A DNA stretch of 63,091 bases, the filler included, from Octopus bimaculoides (Eukaryota), in the NCBI RefSeq assembly GCF_001194135.2. It is 6 parts of 5 records of this genome, joined end to end, with 100 filler letters (N's around TTAATTAATTAA, not from the genome) between each part and the next. Parts side by side here need not be neighbours in the genome. Positions count along the whole stretch, not along the records: positions 1 to 23,272 come from NC_068983.1; 5 more parts are not named here. One strand, written 5' to 3'. The translations under genes and the position numbers were made by a program. The notes below the pieces were generated by a model, which was not told where the DNA came from, did no database searches, and saw only the letters and a program-made list of their open reading frames with translations. Shown here piece after piece: positions 1-13,502 of the stretch (its first letter is position 1; each line of letters starts with the position of its first letter).

Positions 1-499
1 AATGCATTTGAAATAATAAAAAAAAAACATTGTATTCTATTATTTTATATAGAACTCAAAAGAAAACAAGACTTTTTGAAAATATTAGATGATACCACAA
101 CTACCTTATACAGAAATTTTCAAAAAGGAAAGATATTTGGTCATAGGAAATATGCTAATAGCAAAATTTGAGGTTCAACTCATCATGGCACAAATTTAAA
201 CGAACTAAAATCAGGCAACTTCAATGAAATATTTCCTAATCAAAAATTGAAAGCTGACGTCAGTAGACAGAAAGTCTTTAAGCCCGTTCTGTGATTCTCC
301 TATGAATTATACCTATGTTTCTCACCAACGTCAAATTGACAATTAGAGCCAAAAGTAGAATCATTCCCAATAAAAGATAAGGCAAGGAGGATCTTGAAAT
401 AACGATTAGCCAAGGAAATATATTGGTAAAAATTGTGTAGAAAGAAAATGCATAAGATTATAAGATCTTTAAAATATATATAAAAAATATGTAATATTT

Positions 500-504
<5 letters not shown>

Positions 505-567
<63 letters not shown>

Positions 568-569
568 GT
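505..569. repeat. (TG)n microsatellite
   Basis: Direct tandem TG run. Confidence 0.97.
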
Positions 570-672
570 TTCATGTATGTATGTGTAAACCCATGATTAT
601 ACATGCAAGAATTTGTTTGCGATGAGTCGTCAATGTTATGCTTGTGCTATATCTCATTCTGTAAAAGAGTCA

Positions 673-960
673 TTATTCTCTAAATGGGCAGTTTGTGGGA
701 ATTTTACAGTTACAACCGAGTAATTGAATTTGATTTTGGCTGGATGAATATCTTAGATTATTGAGAGAGATCTTCGAAGTGCGATAGACACAACATGAAT
801 AGCTAGCTCCCACTCGTGCTAATGGTGTTAAAATGTGATATTTATGAGTGGTTATGAAGTAAATATTCAAATTTCCTATAACAGTAGTTGTTTTGTTGCT
901 TTGTCTAAATTGGTTCAAATCGAGCAGAACTATGATCAGAAGCATTCGATCTATGACCAT
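673..960 (-). mobile_element. Penelope-like element ORF remnant (region just upstream of the GIY-YIG endonuclease)
   Basis: Translation has ...TVIGN...THKYH...ASYSC...GCNCKIPTNCPF. This matches the PLE motif order 'TNIG..F..HK.HKIFN...KISYSC...CNCR....CPL'. The sequence is degenerate. Confidence 0.55.
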
Positions 961-1608
961 CTAGTTCTATATTCAGCCATAATGTAAACCGAAGTATATT
1001 ATTTAATGTATTTTATGATGGTATAATACAGATTGGGAGAAATTAGTTCTTATTTCTAACACATCAAATGACCAGATAGAATATCCCTCATAGCAAGCAA
1101 ATATGGAAAATTTGCATATGAACCATTAGGTTAAAGGTTATGAAAATGTAAGATAAAAAGGCTAAGCTGAGAAAGCGGATGTAAAATAACTGAAAATGGA
1201 GCAATCAAAGTTATGTTGGAAATATCAGTTTTACTGACTTCCTTTTAAAGACAAAAGGGATTGTCCAAGTGGATGTTCGACCTGCTCGAAATAGCAACTA
1301 AACCTCCTTCAAATCACGCTCACTGTCTTAAAATCATCTAACATGTTGACTAATGTACTCTTACAGATATATTCATATATCATGTATGTACTAATAGATA
1401 GGGTAAGTTTTCCTGATACAGCAAATAGCTGATCGTTCTGATGTTTCAGTTCTGAGTTGTGAAGTATTTGAACGATCAGATAATTTTGCACGAAAACTTT
1501 TATTGATGAAAATATCAGCCAAATAGTTAATAAAATATTTAACCTCAACACGTGTCACGTGCCTTTTTGCTTCGTTTGTTCAAATGCATATTAACATGTG
1601 TGTGTATC

Positions 1609-1612
1609 TATG

Positions 1613-1666
<54 letters not shown>

Positions 1667-1708
1667 CATACATACATACATACATACATACATACATACA
1701 TACATACA
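1609..1708. repeat. compound (TAGA)n(TACA)n microsatellite
   Basis: Direct reading. Confidence 0.95.
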
Positions 1709-3649
1709 CATGTATGTATGAAAGTATGCATGAATGTGCGTATTTGTATATATTCTGAATAAAAAACATTGATAAGATCTTTTCCGTTTGACGTACAGAG
1801 TTTGATTTTATGAAGAATTCCTTCACTGATGTAGTCTGGCTACAAATTACAAAAATTACGACACTTTTTTGAAAATAGTTTTGAAACTAATAATAAAAAC
1901 GTCGCGAAACTTTAAAGATGAAAACTTTTTACTATCTAGCCAATCAGATTTATCTATTCACGATGTTCTGTCCAGCAAACGTTATTTGTACATGTTTCTA
2001 TAGCAGCCAATCTGGGGAATCGGGTTAGGGTTGTATTTAAGGTTGCTGTTCAGGGTTAGGGTTCAGGATTAGGCTGAAGGATTAAGATTTAGGATTAGGT
2101 TGAGAGTGAGCTTGTAGTGCATCGCATAATTTAATTTCAAATGTTAATTTGTTATTTCAACCATCAAATATTTCGTCTTTAAATGTTTTGTAATGATTTG
2201 TTATTAATTTTTAAAACAAATAACAATTTGTTGAAGTCTCATTGCCGAAAACAAGACACTAGAACAGGGTAAAACACACAAAAAAACCCAGTTCTTTCCA
2301 TACCGTCGCTTGTTTATGAATATATAGATCTGAATGACTAAAATTACAAAAAATTTCAAGTTTTAAATGTTCGTAACTGTTCCATTATTAATTGCTCAAA
2401 ATAAAAATTGGTTATGATTTTTGAGATCGGTATGCAAGCATTACAACAGTATAGAAATTCTAAATATAATCAGGCATCATGCGTCAAATAAAAAAATATC
2501 TCATTGATGTCATTACAGTTGAAAGGACTTTTATTATATACCAGCTTGATTAGACCTGACCTACTTACTTGAAATTTCTCTCTCATAATGATTTCTCTCT
2601 TTTCTGTTTGAACATTAAAACTATATTTCCGTTAAATATGGAGAAAATAACAAATGCATGTTACATCATATGTGCTATAGCCAAATCTAAAAACTTAGTT
2701 TTCAGAGATGAAACTATAAGTAAAAGTGATTTCCCCGTCTTTATTCGTTCCGCTAAGAACAGAAGTAGCATATTAATTTTTATGATATTCATAATTACTC
2801 AAATCCTTCTCTATTCCTGTCTGTTTTATACGTGTCTCTCCCCAAAACCTCCTCTACCTGTCTATCTATCCATCTATCTATCTAATTATCTGTTTGTCTG
2901 TCTGTCTGTCTCAATCTCTTTCTCATTCCTTTTCTTTCTTTCTACGCCCTGATAGGAGCACCTTTCTAGTGCAGGTTTTATGCACTGAATGATTTAATTT
3001 CGGTACCACAAATACTGAAACCTAAACATCTAAACCTTAACTAATGGAATGGGAATTATACAGTTCGCACAGCGAGTTCAAATTCTGCTTGAGTCTATTT
3101 TTAAATTACATCCCCACGGGCTCAACAAAGTAAACATCAGTAATATACCAGAACACCATATTTGGTTACGCACATGCCTTTCCAAATATTATCCAAGGAA
3201 ATCAGGAATTCTAAAAGCAAAGCCAGGGTTTGGGCTGCAGTGCTTCATATAATGAAACACAATCACCTTTCTTACAAAACTGCTTCTGGAGTAATTTTCA
3301 ATGGCAAAACTACACATCAATAGTACTTCCTTCATATAGAATATCAACATTTAGAAAGAAAATTAATTGATAATACAGTTTATATATCAAACGGATGTCC
3401 TACTCCAGTCTCAAAAATTTAATATTGGATTTTTTATAAAGCTGTATAAAGTAATACAGGCTAATATTTCATTTTATATGAAATCAAAATTTAATTTTCT
3501 TTCAGATTTTATCGATTCTACTTGGAATGAGAATAGTTTTAAGACAAAAATTCCTCAACAAATTTAGGAAAAGACCTTTTGTTTAGCTGTGTGCAGAACA
3601 CCATTGAAAATCATGACGAAATATATAAGAAAAAAGTTATAATTGTTTA

Positions 3650-4247
3650 TATTGTTTTGAGTCAAGATTTTTTCAATATTTTGGAAGCTTATTTTCTTTA
3701 TTCAAGTTACAAAAGAAGCTGCCAAGCATTCAAAGTAGAGGCCATCGTATGAAGCCATCTTCCTGAAGCTACCTCAATGTCACTTCTTTGAGCCCATGCT
3801 GACACAAGTCCTTGTCCTTGGGGGAGAATTCCTTCACTAAAGCTTCCACCTCTGCTTGGTTGATGAAGCGTGGTGAGCGCAGGGAATTGAGCCATTGATC
3901 GGAACAAATAATAATCCAGGTGAGTTATGTCCAGCTATACGCTGGTTCTGACATCAGTTTTATTCCCCTAAGTTCCTGTGATTTATTCCGAATCGTTCGA
4001 GCGGTATGAAGTCCTGCGTTGTCTTGCTGCAGGAGAGCTCGTTTTCTGTTAACCAATGTTGTTTTTGCCGCACAATGGTATACAACCGCTCCAGCTGTTA
4101 GGAGTACAGGTTAGCATCGATGGTTCAACCGTCTGGAACGAAATTGTAGTGAATTATCACTTCATAATTCCACTAGATGCGGAGCATCACCTTGTGTGCG
4201 AAACATTCGTATTTGGCGACAGCTTCCGGAAACTGGCCCTTGCTTAA
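3650..4247 (-). mobile_element. mariner transposase remnant (catalytic half plus right TIR)
   Basis: Minus-strand frames give 'KVMLRI*WNYEVIIHYNFVPDG*TIDANLYS*QLERL', 'LVNRKRALLQQDNAGLHTAR', 'EPAYS' and 'DYYLFRSMA'. TA plus a TIR-like TTGTTTTGAGTCAA starts at 3650. Confidence 0.85.
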
Positions 4248-4282
4248 TCTCTGCTTATGCACGTTAGAATTGTAGATAAATA

Positions 4283-4549
4283 TCTCCCTCGGATTGTTAT
4301 TTGTTCCGATCCATGGCTCACTTCCTGCGTTCACGACTCTTCATCAACCAAGAGGACGTGGAATCTTCAGTGAAGGAGATTTTCCTCCTCGAAAGACAAG
4401 AACTGGTATCAGCATGGGATCAAATAACTGTAGGAAAGGTGACTTCAGACGGTGCAACACGATGGTCTCTACTTCGAATGATTGACTGCTATTGACGAAT
4501 AAAACAAATAAGTTCCTAAATATTGTAAAACTTTTGACTCAACACAATA
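4283..4549 (+). mobile_element. second mariner 3' end, inverted relative to 3650-3920
   Basis: 'YLFRSMAHFLRSRLFINQEDVESSVKE' followed by a TIR ending TTGACTCAACACAA-TA. Confidence 0.8.
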
Positions 4550-6899
4550 AAACTAGTTTAAATGACTGGTTTATAAACAACAACCATTTTAAAATTTAAT
4601 TAAAAACATGTTGAGGTGTAATTTAGACAGAAATACATTAATGAAGAGTGAAAGAGGTTTTTTTATAGGAAATAGTGGAATGTCACAAAGATCATGATCA
4701 GCTTTAAAATGTTTTGGTAGGTGAGAAAGGCTACGAATGTCAGATGTAAACAGCTAAATTTTCTTTTAAGAAAAGGTTTGCCAGTATTAAGATGAATCTC
4801 ATGAGCTCGTGCCTTATAAGCTTTTGAATATGGTAATTGATCATATACATACGATCCACCAAATACATAATTAACATAGCTCCTAATTATAAAGTCGATT
4901 AAGAATTATTCTTTCTACGAATATCGATCATATATACCTTTCCATGCTGTCAGGCATCTAAGTCATGACCATCTCGTTTTTTATTTTTTTTATTTTTAGG
5001 AATTATTGACTCCGAATTACATCATTCAATGTCTCTTTTCTTAAGATACTAGATTGTAGTTTGGAGATTTTCTATTATTTGTAGCAGGACGGCTAATCAT
5101 ATATAGGTTCTCACGTTGTAACGTGTTAAGCGAGTGAAACTTCAGAAAGTTAACTCATAACATAATACCATAAAGGGGCCTCCCAGAACCAAAATATGAG
5201 TGGTTTGTCTCCCTTTTGGGTAGGGGCGGAATTATAATATGCTCTCCGTTATATATATTCCTTCATACTCATGACAAAACATACATGACTTAAGGAAACA
5301 GTAGAATCCGTATAAACTAGTAATAGTCTGTTACAGCAAATAGTAATGCAAAAAGCTAGGAAGAATTTTATGTTGAGTGGAAGAGAAAAATTTTAGCATT
5401 TCGGGCAAAATACTTCATCGGAGATAAAGATGGGGTAAGATTTCTGTTCAGAAGACCGGACCTCTCTTCTTCCTAGTTGAATACAAAATTATTCCACTGT
5501 TTGAACTTTTTCTTCATGGTTTACTATTGTGTGTTGTGAGCAATTTAAGTTGTTTGAGAAAGATTTCACAAATTTAAATTGTAAAATACTTGTTTTATAT
5601 TCAAATGTAGTCTTTGATTTATTTAATTCGAAAATATCATCGAATATTGATGATTGATCTGTTGATATTGTTAAGACGAAGGTTACAACTCTAATCGAGA
5701 AGACCTATCAACCAAAGATATTCAAGTGGATGCTATCCAACCTCTTTTCAGACATAGTGTATCTATTTCTTTGTCGAGTGTGTTGTCAATATTCTAAAAC
5801 GGTATGGAGCAATTCCATGACCAGCATTTGCCTGTTATTTCTAATAGGCAAGCCACCACGTATAGACTCACTCATTGACCTATTGAAAAGAGATCATCAC
5901 ACTCAGTAAACCATAATTCTCAGATGGACGGTTTGGTTTGTTTGCTTTTGTGGAGCAAGGGTTACGATGCTCTGATAAACCTGAGATCTTATTGTTATGG
6001 TAAGGACTACATTGCTAATCCTAAAAATTAAGTATGAGTAGGAAATAATGAAGATGTCAGATAGCGTGATACTTTAAGGAACATTGTAGCAAGAGTCGAT
6101 AGGTTGTCATTAACCCTGTTTAATTTAAGGCTTTAATTAACCCTATTTAATTTAATCTAACAAAAGAGAGTTTTACGTCATTCGACAAGTATATTTTGCT
6201 TTTATTACCTGACTTCTTTTGTCAGTGGAATATCACTAGTTTAGATTTATTGGCATTCAATGAATTAGTTGGAATTGACTGTCTGAAGCCATTTACTGGC
6301 TGATTTGAGCTCAGAATTTAAGATAATTTCAATTAGTACTATATACGTCATATTTAAATAGCTGTGTAACGAAATCATTTGCATAAAATTAGAATAAGAA
6401 ATTGACCTAAGCCAAATTATGACTCACTCTCCTTTTTTTCGTTTTTATTCCTTATATATTTCAGTATCATGTGTGAATATGTATGTCGTTGTTGATGGTT
6501 ATAGTAGTGGCGTTGTCGTTCCTGCTGTTGTTGTCAGCAACGATCGAGATAGTCGACCACAAAGATAGTCGATCGCACGATGATGAGGTATTACCCATAG
6601 CTACATAATCTCCGAATATGCCATACTCGTTCAGTTGAGCACCATACTACACATTCTAAAATGTAGTAGTTAAATGTATGCGGCGATGTATGATTGCCTG
6701 AACGTATTGTACTCTCTGCATGTACAGTCTGTTGTTGTCCAACATTTGTTGTCCCTAAATCAGTTTATATCGGGCAGACCTATCGGCAAAAGCATCCTAG
6801 TCAAGACCATCCACACTTATTTTAAAACTTAGAATTTTTACAAATACGTTGTCTAATATTTTTTTTTTCTGTTTTATTTTGGACGACAGGGTGAGATTT

Positions 6900-7555
6900 A
6901 AGGGAGGTTTTTGGTTTTGTATCTATTCCTAGCTCCCTCGTAGAAGTCGTCGATAGTCAGAGCAGTGGTAGGTAAGGAGAATTTGGTCCGAATGCGACGA
7001 GTGCTTCTACTCCTCCAGAATTATTATTAGTGTAGTATATGCTAGCATTCAGTAATGATAGCTAAAAGTGAACTTGTACATTGGGTTGTGAGTCTTGGCT
7101 GTATTTGGAATATCGATTGTTTACCTTAGAGGATAGTTTCGGTAACTGAAAAGGTGACGCTGCCAGGGATACTTAGCATAGGGATGTGGGACATTTTTGC
7201 ATAGCATATAGGTGTGCGATGTGTAGTCACAATAACGCATTTGTCAGACAGCCCGATAGACACAAAGACAATGATAGTTTAGTAGATATTGAGTGAGAAT
7301 GGGATCTAGAATTTTGAAGAGTTTGTGTATTTGTGTATCAGTCAACGATGAGTATGGAATTGATATTGAGTATGGAATTAATTGATGTAGAAAGTTGAGG
7401 AATTGAGAAACATTCGGTTTCTACATCGACATCAACAGCAAGATGTTTATAGCTAATAAGTGCTGAGGGTGTTAAAATGATTGAGAACGAGGACTTGGGA
7501 AGTGAAGTGAAGTATATGTCCTCAATGCAGAAAGTGAAATAGTCGAAACTTGTTT
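6900..7555 (-). mobile_element. CR1/Jockey-group LINE endonuclease-region fragment
   Basis: The reverse complement of ~7070-7555 aligns by eye with 9340-9860, which lies inside the + strand LINE. Confidence 0.55.
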
Positions 7556-8049
7556 TATTTCTGAGTGTGTGTGAATTTTTATGTTTGTCCGAATGGAGTC
7601 AAAACAGTTTTTAGGATGCTGTTGTAGTAGTGCTATAGATATGTGCTTCTTAGAGGTTATGTTGCATATAGTGACAAAGACTGTTGGCACTGAAATTTGC
7701 TGCAGTAACCAACTGTGTCTCTCGCATATCTATGTTTTGTGTGTAAGGGTTTATATATGTGGTCCTGCTGGAGTCTATAATGATTTAGAAGTGTAATGTT
7801 TCGTGTTTTTGTAGTTTGTTATGACTTCTCTTTGACAGACGGAAAGCCTAAGTAGGACTGCTATACTCCATATTAAATCGAATGCATTGCTTCTACACTG
7901 ACGTTGGTATACATTTCTGTTGGACAAAGTGGCACTTTGTAAGTCCTGTATGTTTTTGCGTCGTTTCATAGTTCGTTTATTTGTTTTTACTGTCTTCAAT
8001 GTGTAAAGTGAATGTCATGAAGGAGATGTATGTAGCTCCTAGTATTTTT

Positions 8050-9050
8050 GTTGTTATTTTTGTTGTTGTTGTTGTTGTTCTTCTTCTTCTTGTCATTAAG
8101 CACCACTCATCCCTTCTCTAATGGAGTGACGAGGAGTTTACATTATCCAATTTGGATTTTCTTATGACATTGTAGTTTGATTTGAGATACATTTGACTGC
8201 TGTTTCTAGCATATATAGCAACCATGTAGGGTCTCCCATGTGTGATATTCATGTTTATGACAATGATGGTTGATTATAATTGATATTTTTTTAAGATGAA
8301 AGATAATAGTTAAAGCAGATGCCACCTCAAGTCTATTAATTTGGAGCCAAGTTTCTGGATTGTTGAAGTTGTACAGTAATGTATGAGGGATGGTGGGGAA
8401 AGGGAAGAGGTTACTGCGTACCCTCTGCGTATGAGAGAGTAGGTTTTTAAGGTGTGTGTGAAGGCTGGATGGGTACAGATTTTAGACATGTTAGATGAGA
8501 GGATGCTTGTGACAGCTTATTCGAAAAATGCTGATCTTATTTATACTGTTTGTATTGCATAGGTTTAGCAACCCTAGGTAGCTTGCTATCCATGTTTTCT
8601 GCTGTTTCATAAGAAAATGTAGATTATTTGCATCTATGTGCTAGTCAGAAGCTAAAATGGAAAGCTTTGCGAATGACAAAGTAGTGCGTATATGGGTGCT
8701 TTTGTTGTTCAAGTCGTCACGTGTTTTTTGTTTAAGGTTTGTAAATAGTGTGGTTGTTCATTGAAGTTACCTGTGCCAGATTCTGTTTTAGTATGGAAAA
8801 TATGCTGGTTAAGGACCTAAAAAGAATTGAAACTGTGCATTTAAGACTGCTGAGCTTTTGAGCTGATACTTCACTTGAAATTCTGCTAAGCTTTAGAATT
8901 TTGATTACTTTTGTCCAGTTTTCGTAGTATAAGTATTTGGTTGTGTTGATGCGAGTAGTTGTTTTTCCAAGACATGTCTAACCCCAAGCCTCACAGAACA
9001 GACATGTAATCAAAGGCATGCACAATTCTCCCTTTTATTGTCTAACAATT
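8050..9050 (-). mobile_element. highly decayed LINE RT/3' end with (AAG)n(AAC)n tail
   Basis: Degenerate RT-like motifs (..YLGL..) and a simple-repeat tail at ~8050-8090. Confidence 0.4.
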
Positions 9051-9239
9051 TTGAACTCCGGTTCAACCCAGATCCTACACAGCACTTCTTACTAACATGA
9101 AAACCACATATGCTCTTTCTCTTCGGTATATCTATGTTCCAACCGTCATCTATAGTCCCTTTCTACTCACACTTCGCTCCAAAAATGCATATGTAAATTC
9201 CATTCCTCTCGCCACTGATTTCTCTCTCATTTGAATATC

Positions 9240-11590
9240 AGCAACAAAATTTCCAGTTACTCTGACTTAAAGCCTAACCTCTTCCTCTCCTCTCAATATA
9301 TCTGCTTTCTGTGCCACTCTGCAAACTCCACCAACTACTAACAGGTTTCGACTATATCTCTTTCTACATTGAGGAAATATATCTCATTTTACATCTCAAT
9401 TCCTCGTTCTCAGTCATTTCAACACTCTGAGCACTTGTTAGCGATAAACATCATGCTGTCGCTGTCGATGTAGATACAGAATCTTTCCCATTTCCTCAAC
9501 TTTCTACATCAATTAATTTGATACTCCATACGCATCCTTAAGTGATACACAAATACACAAACTCTTCAAAATTCTTAATCACTTTCTCACCCAATATTTA
9601 CTAAACCATCACCGTCTTTGCGCTTATCAGGCTGACAAATGCATTATTGTGACTACCCACCGCACACCTACATACTATGCAAAGATGCCCTACATCACTA
9701 TGCTAAGTATCCCTGGCAGAGTCACCTTTTCAGACGGGTTACTGAAACTATTTTGCTATGTCTAGGGAGAGTCATTATGCCAACATATCCTCTGAGGTAA
9801 ACAATCGATATTCCAAACACAGCCAAGACTCACAACCCTATATCTAAGTTCACTTATAGCTGCGAGTCTATGGCGTTTAGAGGACATTGCGAATCCCTAT
9901 AAACTAGTTGACTCTTACTCAGAATCACAACTCCTGAAGGTCCATCATCCGAATACGAATGGTATCTCCGTTTATCACGCCATATGCTAACCTTCCCGTT
10001 TTTCAACCGGCATTCCATTATTTTAGTTTATTGACAAAAGGCTCAGTACCAACTATGTGGAATTATCCTCCTCATCCCCAGTTCTCAAAACCAACGATGG
10101 TTCAGTAAGAAGTACATCCTCAGAGGTTTCCACATTTGCTGCTCGATTTACATTTAACTACACACTACAAACCCTACATACATTTCCTGCAAAACTATGT
10201 CTTTTTACCGCACCAGTATTACAATCAATGTACACACATATGCCAAGTACGAATCAACAAGGTCATCGGACCTAATAGCTTCCCTTTTTATTTCCCTCTA
10301 ACTATTTGCTCTAGAATTACCCACTATCATCACCAAATTCGATCGCTTTCTTTCTCTCTCGGGATCTATTCAAATCTTTACAAACATTGCATTGCGTCTT
10401 ATTCATAAGAAATGCAATCCCTTTCACCCTGCCAGCTTCTCTCAATTGCAATTACTTCCAGCATATCAAAGCTTTTGGAGACAATCATTAACAACAACTT
10501 CCATCATTTGAATCTCTTCACTCCCTTAATGATCATCAATATGGCTTTCTTAAACCCAGATTTACTGCTCTCCTATGTCACTCTCCTGTGAGATTTCGCC
10601 CACTAGAAATTTTGTGAAAGTAATTGACCTCAATATCAGCAAAATTTCTGATCGTGGTCGGCAGGCGAATCTCCTTGCAAAATTGTTTGCCTTTTGAAAA
10701 ATGGTTCTATGCGTCTTTAATCTCAATGATCAGTGGTTTCCTGTCAGTTCGCACCACGTGCTGATGGATCGCTCTCTGACCCACATTCTATCAACCTTAG
10801 AATGCGCCTGCACACTTCCTTTTACACATGAACGGCTCACTTACCAACCCACTCCTATGCAAACAATACGTTAATTCTTTCTTAACTTTCTGCACACATG
10901 CAATCTGGTGACTTCGCGCCAGACCGGTACAAGCTTAAAAGAGAAATATTAAGACGTCCTCTAATGGCGTTATGCCAAAATTGTCTCCTTTACTGGACAT
11001 CTCAATCATTGCACATATCAAGAAGATATATTCGAATGACACCATCACTAGCCTGAACGTAAGCTGCACACAACTAGTACTTTCATTATCGTTTCAAATT
11101 CTAGGCCTCATCATCACTGAGACTCTCGCCTGACTAACCCACAAACCAATTGAGATACAGCAAAAACTGTATCTCAAAATGTTGCCTTCCTCTTTACAGC
11201 CTTCCTCTCCAACAACTACTAATTCTCTACAATACACAGGGCAGGGGACGGCCGTATAGATAGATGTCTTAGATCACATCCAAAGAAAGGCCCTTTTACT
11301 GATTAGCATGAAGCCGCTCATTAGTACACTCCAATCTCTATCCCACAGATGTAATATCCTTTCCCTCAATCTCTTCTATTTTATCACAGTGGTTCTTGCT
11401 CTTCAGAACTGACTGGTCTCGTACCACATTCACTCGTCACTTCTCCTTTGGTCAACTCCATTTTTTCCACCTCCCTCGAAGCTCATTCCATCAGCTACAT
11501 GCATCCCTTTCTTGTCGGAACACGAGCCGTCTGCAATTCCTCCCTGCGCATCTTTTTCCTGAAACTGCCAAGAGGTAGAACATTAACGAA
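9240..11590 (+). mobile_element. CR1/Jockey-group LINE ORF2 remnant (APE + RT)
   Basis: 'LNDHQYGFLKPR' at ~10525 and 'DLNISKISDRG...LLAKL' at ~10625 (cf. LDISKAFDRV). C-terminal 'RTSRLQF...LFPETAKR' (cf. SFFPRTARLWN). Many stops and frameshifts. Confidence 0.75.
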
Positions 11591-11759
11591 GTCATTTATA
11601 CAGGTTTTGGATGGAGTATGAAGGCCATAAAAAAACAGTCGCTTCCTCGAGATTAAAATATTAAGAAAAAATATGCACTTCTTGTCTAAGACAGTATGGA
11701 GTTTGATGGAGATTTGACTACTATTTCTAGAAGGTCAAACAACCGCATAGTGTCTCTCT

Positions 11760-12420
11760 CATTGATTTGTTGCTACAAAAGTTTTAGATGTTGTTTAGTG
11801 ACTAAGGGGCAGTATATTTTATGTATATGACGTAATTTTGTCTGGCCTTAGGGGTTTTCCGTTTAAGATTTCCTTATAGCTTTTCTGGTATCTAATAGAA
11901 GAAAGTGTTCGCAGTCATTATCAATGTGGATGGTGTGTGTTTTATATTTTTGTGTTCTTTTCTTCTGCGTGTAGTTTCCGGAAGTATTTGCTAAGGATAT
12001 TTGCTTGTTGCTGGATCGTTGCGTGTTATCTGAAGTTGTTATTATGAGATATGATATGATGTAGTCATTAATGATTTTGCATGGTATCTAACTGTTAAGG
12101 GTTTTGTGTTAGATACAAATGTTCTATATTTATCACAGGCTTATTTTATGATATTTCCTTGTTCAGTTACCTGGGGGCTGAGTTTCATTTCGGTTATGTG
12201 TGGTGTTAATGTATTGCTTTTAGGTTTTTTTTTATCAAGGTAGCTATTTCAGTTGTGTAATTGAGGTTGTATGTTTTATGTTGCCTTTTGGGATTTTTTT
12301 TTATAGCTTCAAGCGTCTTTAATTCATGTACATGAATGTAGCACATACATTCAACAAGCCAATAGATGTCCATACTTGATTGTAGCAAATACATTCAAAT
12401 ACATGGACACGTATTGTTTA
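11760..12420 (-). mobile_element. decayed LINE pre-RT linker fragment
   Basis: 'GKPLRPDKI' resembles the KAPGPDxI motif. It may be the upstream part of the 8050-9050 element split by the CR1-like insertion. Confidence 0.3.
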
Positions 12421-12660
12421 TGAGTAGTTTGCGTATGCAATAAATACCATGATACTAAAGTTTTCACGAATAATCTGATAGTGTATATTGTCAAAAACTT
12501 TCACTAAATCTTCCGGCACAAAGAGACGTGACATTATAGTCAATGTCTAAGGGAGATAATTTATTCAACAAAGTTTTCTTTCAATAAAATATATAAAAGC
12601 ATTCTAAAAGTATAAAAATTACTCATACGAAAATTATTACATCTTTTCTCTATAATTTAG

Positions 12661-12778
12661 GAAATTCTGCGTTGATAGAAAGAAAGTGCCTACTCCAAAC
12701 TCAGAGGAAATCATTGAAAAAGTAAAACTGAATAACTATAAGAGAAATTTATTTACAGAATGTGAAGTTCAAATCTAA
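12661..12778 (+). CDS. candidate terminal coding exon of an unidentified gene
   Basis: Pyrimidine-rich acceptor (atcttttctctataatttag), a phase-2 open frame KFCVDRKKVPTPNSEEIIEKVKLNNYKRNLFTECEVQI*, and AATAAA downstream. No homology recognised. Confidence 0.2.
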
Positions 12779-13089
12779 TCTAAAAGGAAATAGACATACT
12801 TTTTTTATATAATGGATGCACCAATGATCGTAAAATACTCTACTTGTCGATCTATATTGAAAGGCCAACAGTTGTGTGTGCGTGTGTTGGTTTGATTTAG
12901 TTTTTTTATTCCTTTATTCAAATTGCTCTGAATTCGTATTACATTGAAAAGAAAGAAATAAACAAATTACTTTGCAACGGAAACACTACCAAACGGATGA
13001 CATCTGGTGTTCCTTAAAATTAGCTCCACTTATCTATCTATATATATACACTAGTACTTCTTTATTGTTCTGTTGAGAAATCTACATCA

Positions 13090-13090
<1 letters not shown>

Positions 13091-13137
<47 letters not shown>

Positions 13138-13160
13138 ATTATTGAATAAATAAATAAATA
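13091..13160. repeat. (TAAA)n microsatellite
   Basis: Direct reading. Confidence 0.95.
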
Positions 13161-13459
13161 AATGTAATTTCAACGAAGTAACTGGTCGTGGTCGGAACTA
13201 TCATGGTGAGTGTTAACATGAAACCGTATGCTTCAAATTTAACCTCAGCACAGATGTAATATAATGATATTTTATGGCCTTCATCATCTAATTTTCTCGC
13301 TGATAAAAGTCTCAGGGAGAAAAAAAAGTACAACTTTTGCTGTTAACAAGTGTTGAGATAAGTGTTTTAGTATGAATAGTTCTGCTGACAATATCACTGT
13401 AACCCTTTCTAAAATGATATNNNNNNNNNNNNNNNNNNNNNNNNNNNNNNNNNNNNNNN

Positions 13460-13502
<43 letters not shown>

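Noticed and set aside
1-480. Possible PLE GIY-YIG remnant
   Set aside because: Only faint motif resemblance across many stops; not supportable by eye.
3049-3567. Short plus-strand ORFs and an acceptor at 3505
   Set aside because: No recognisable domain, no consistent donor, and stops in all continuing frames.
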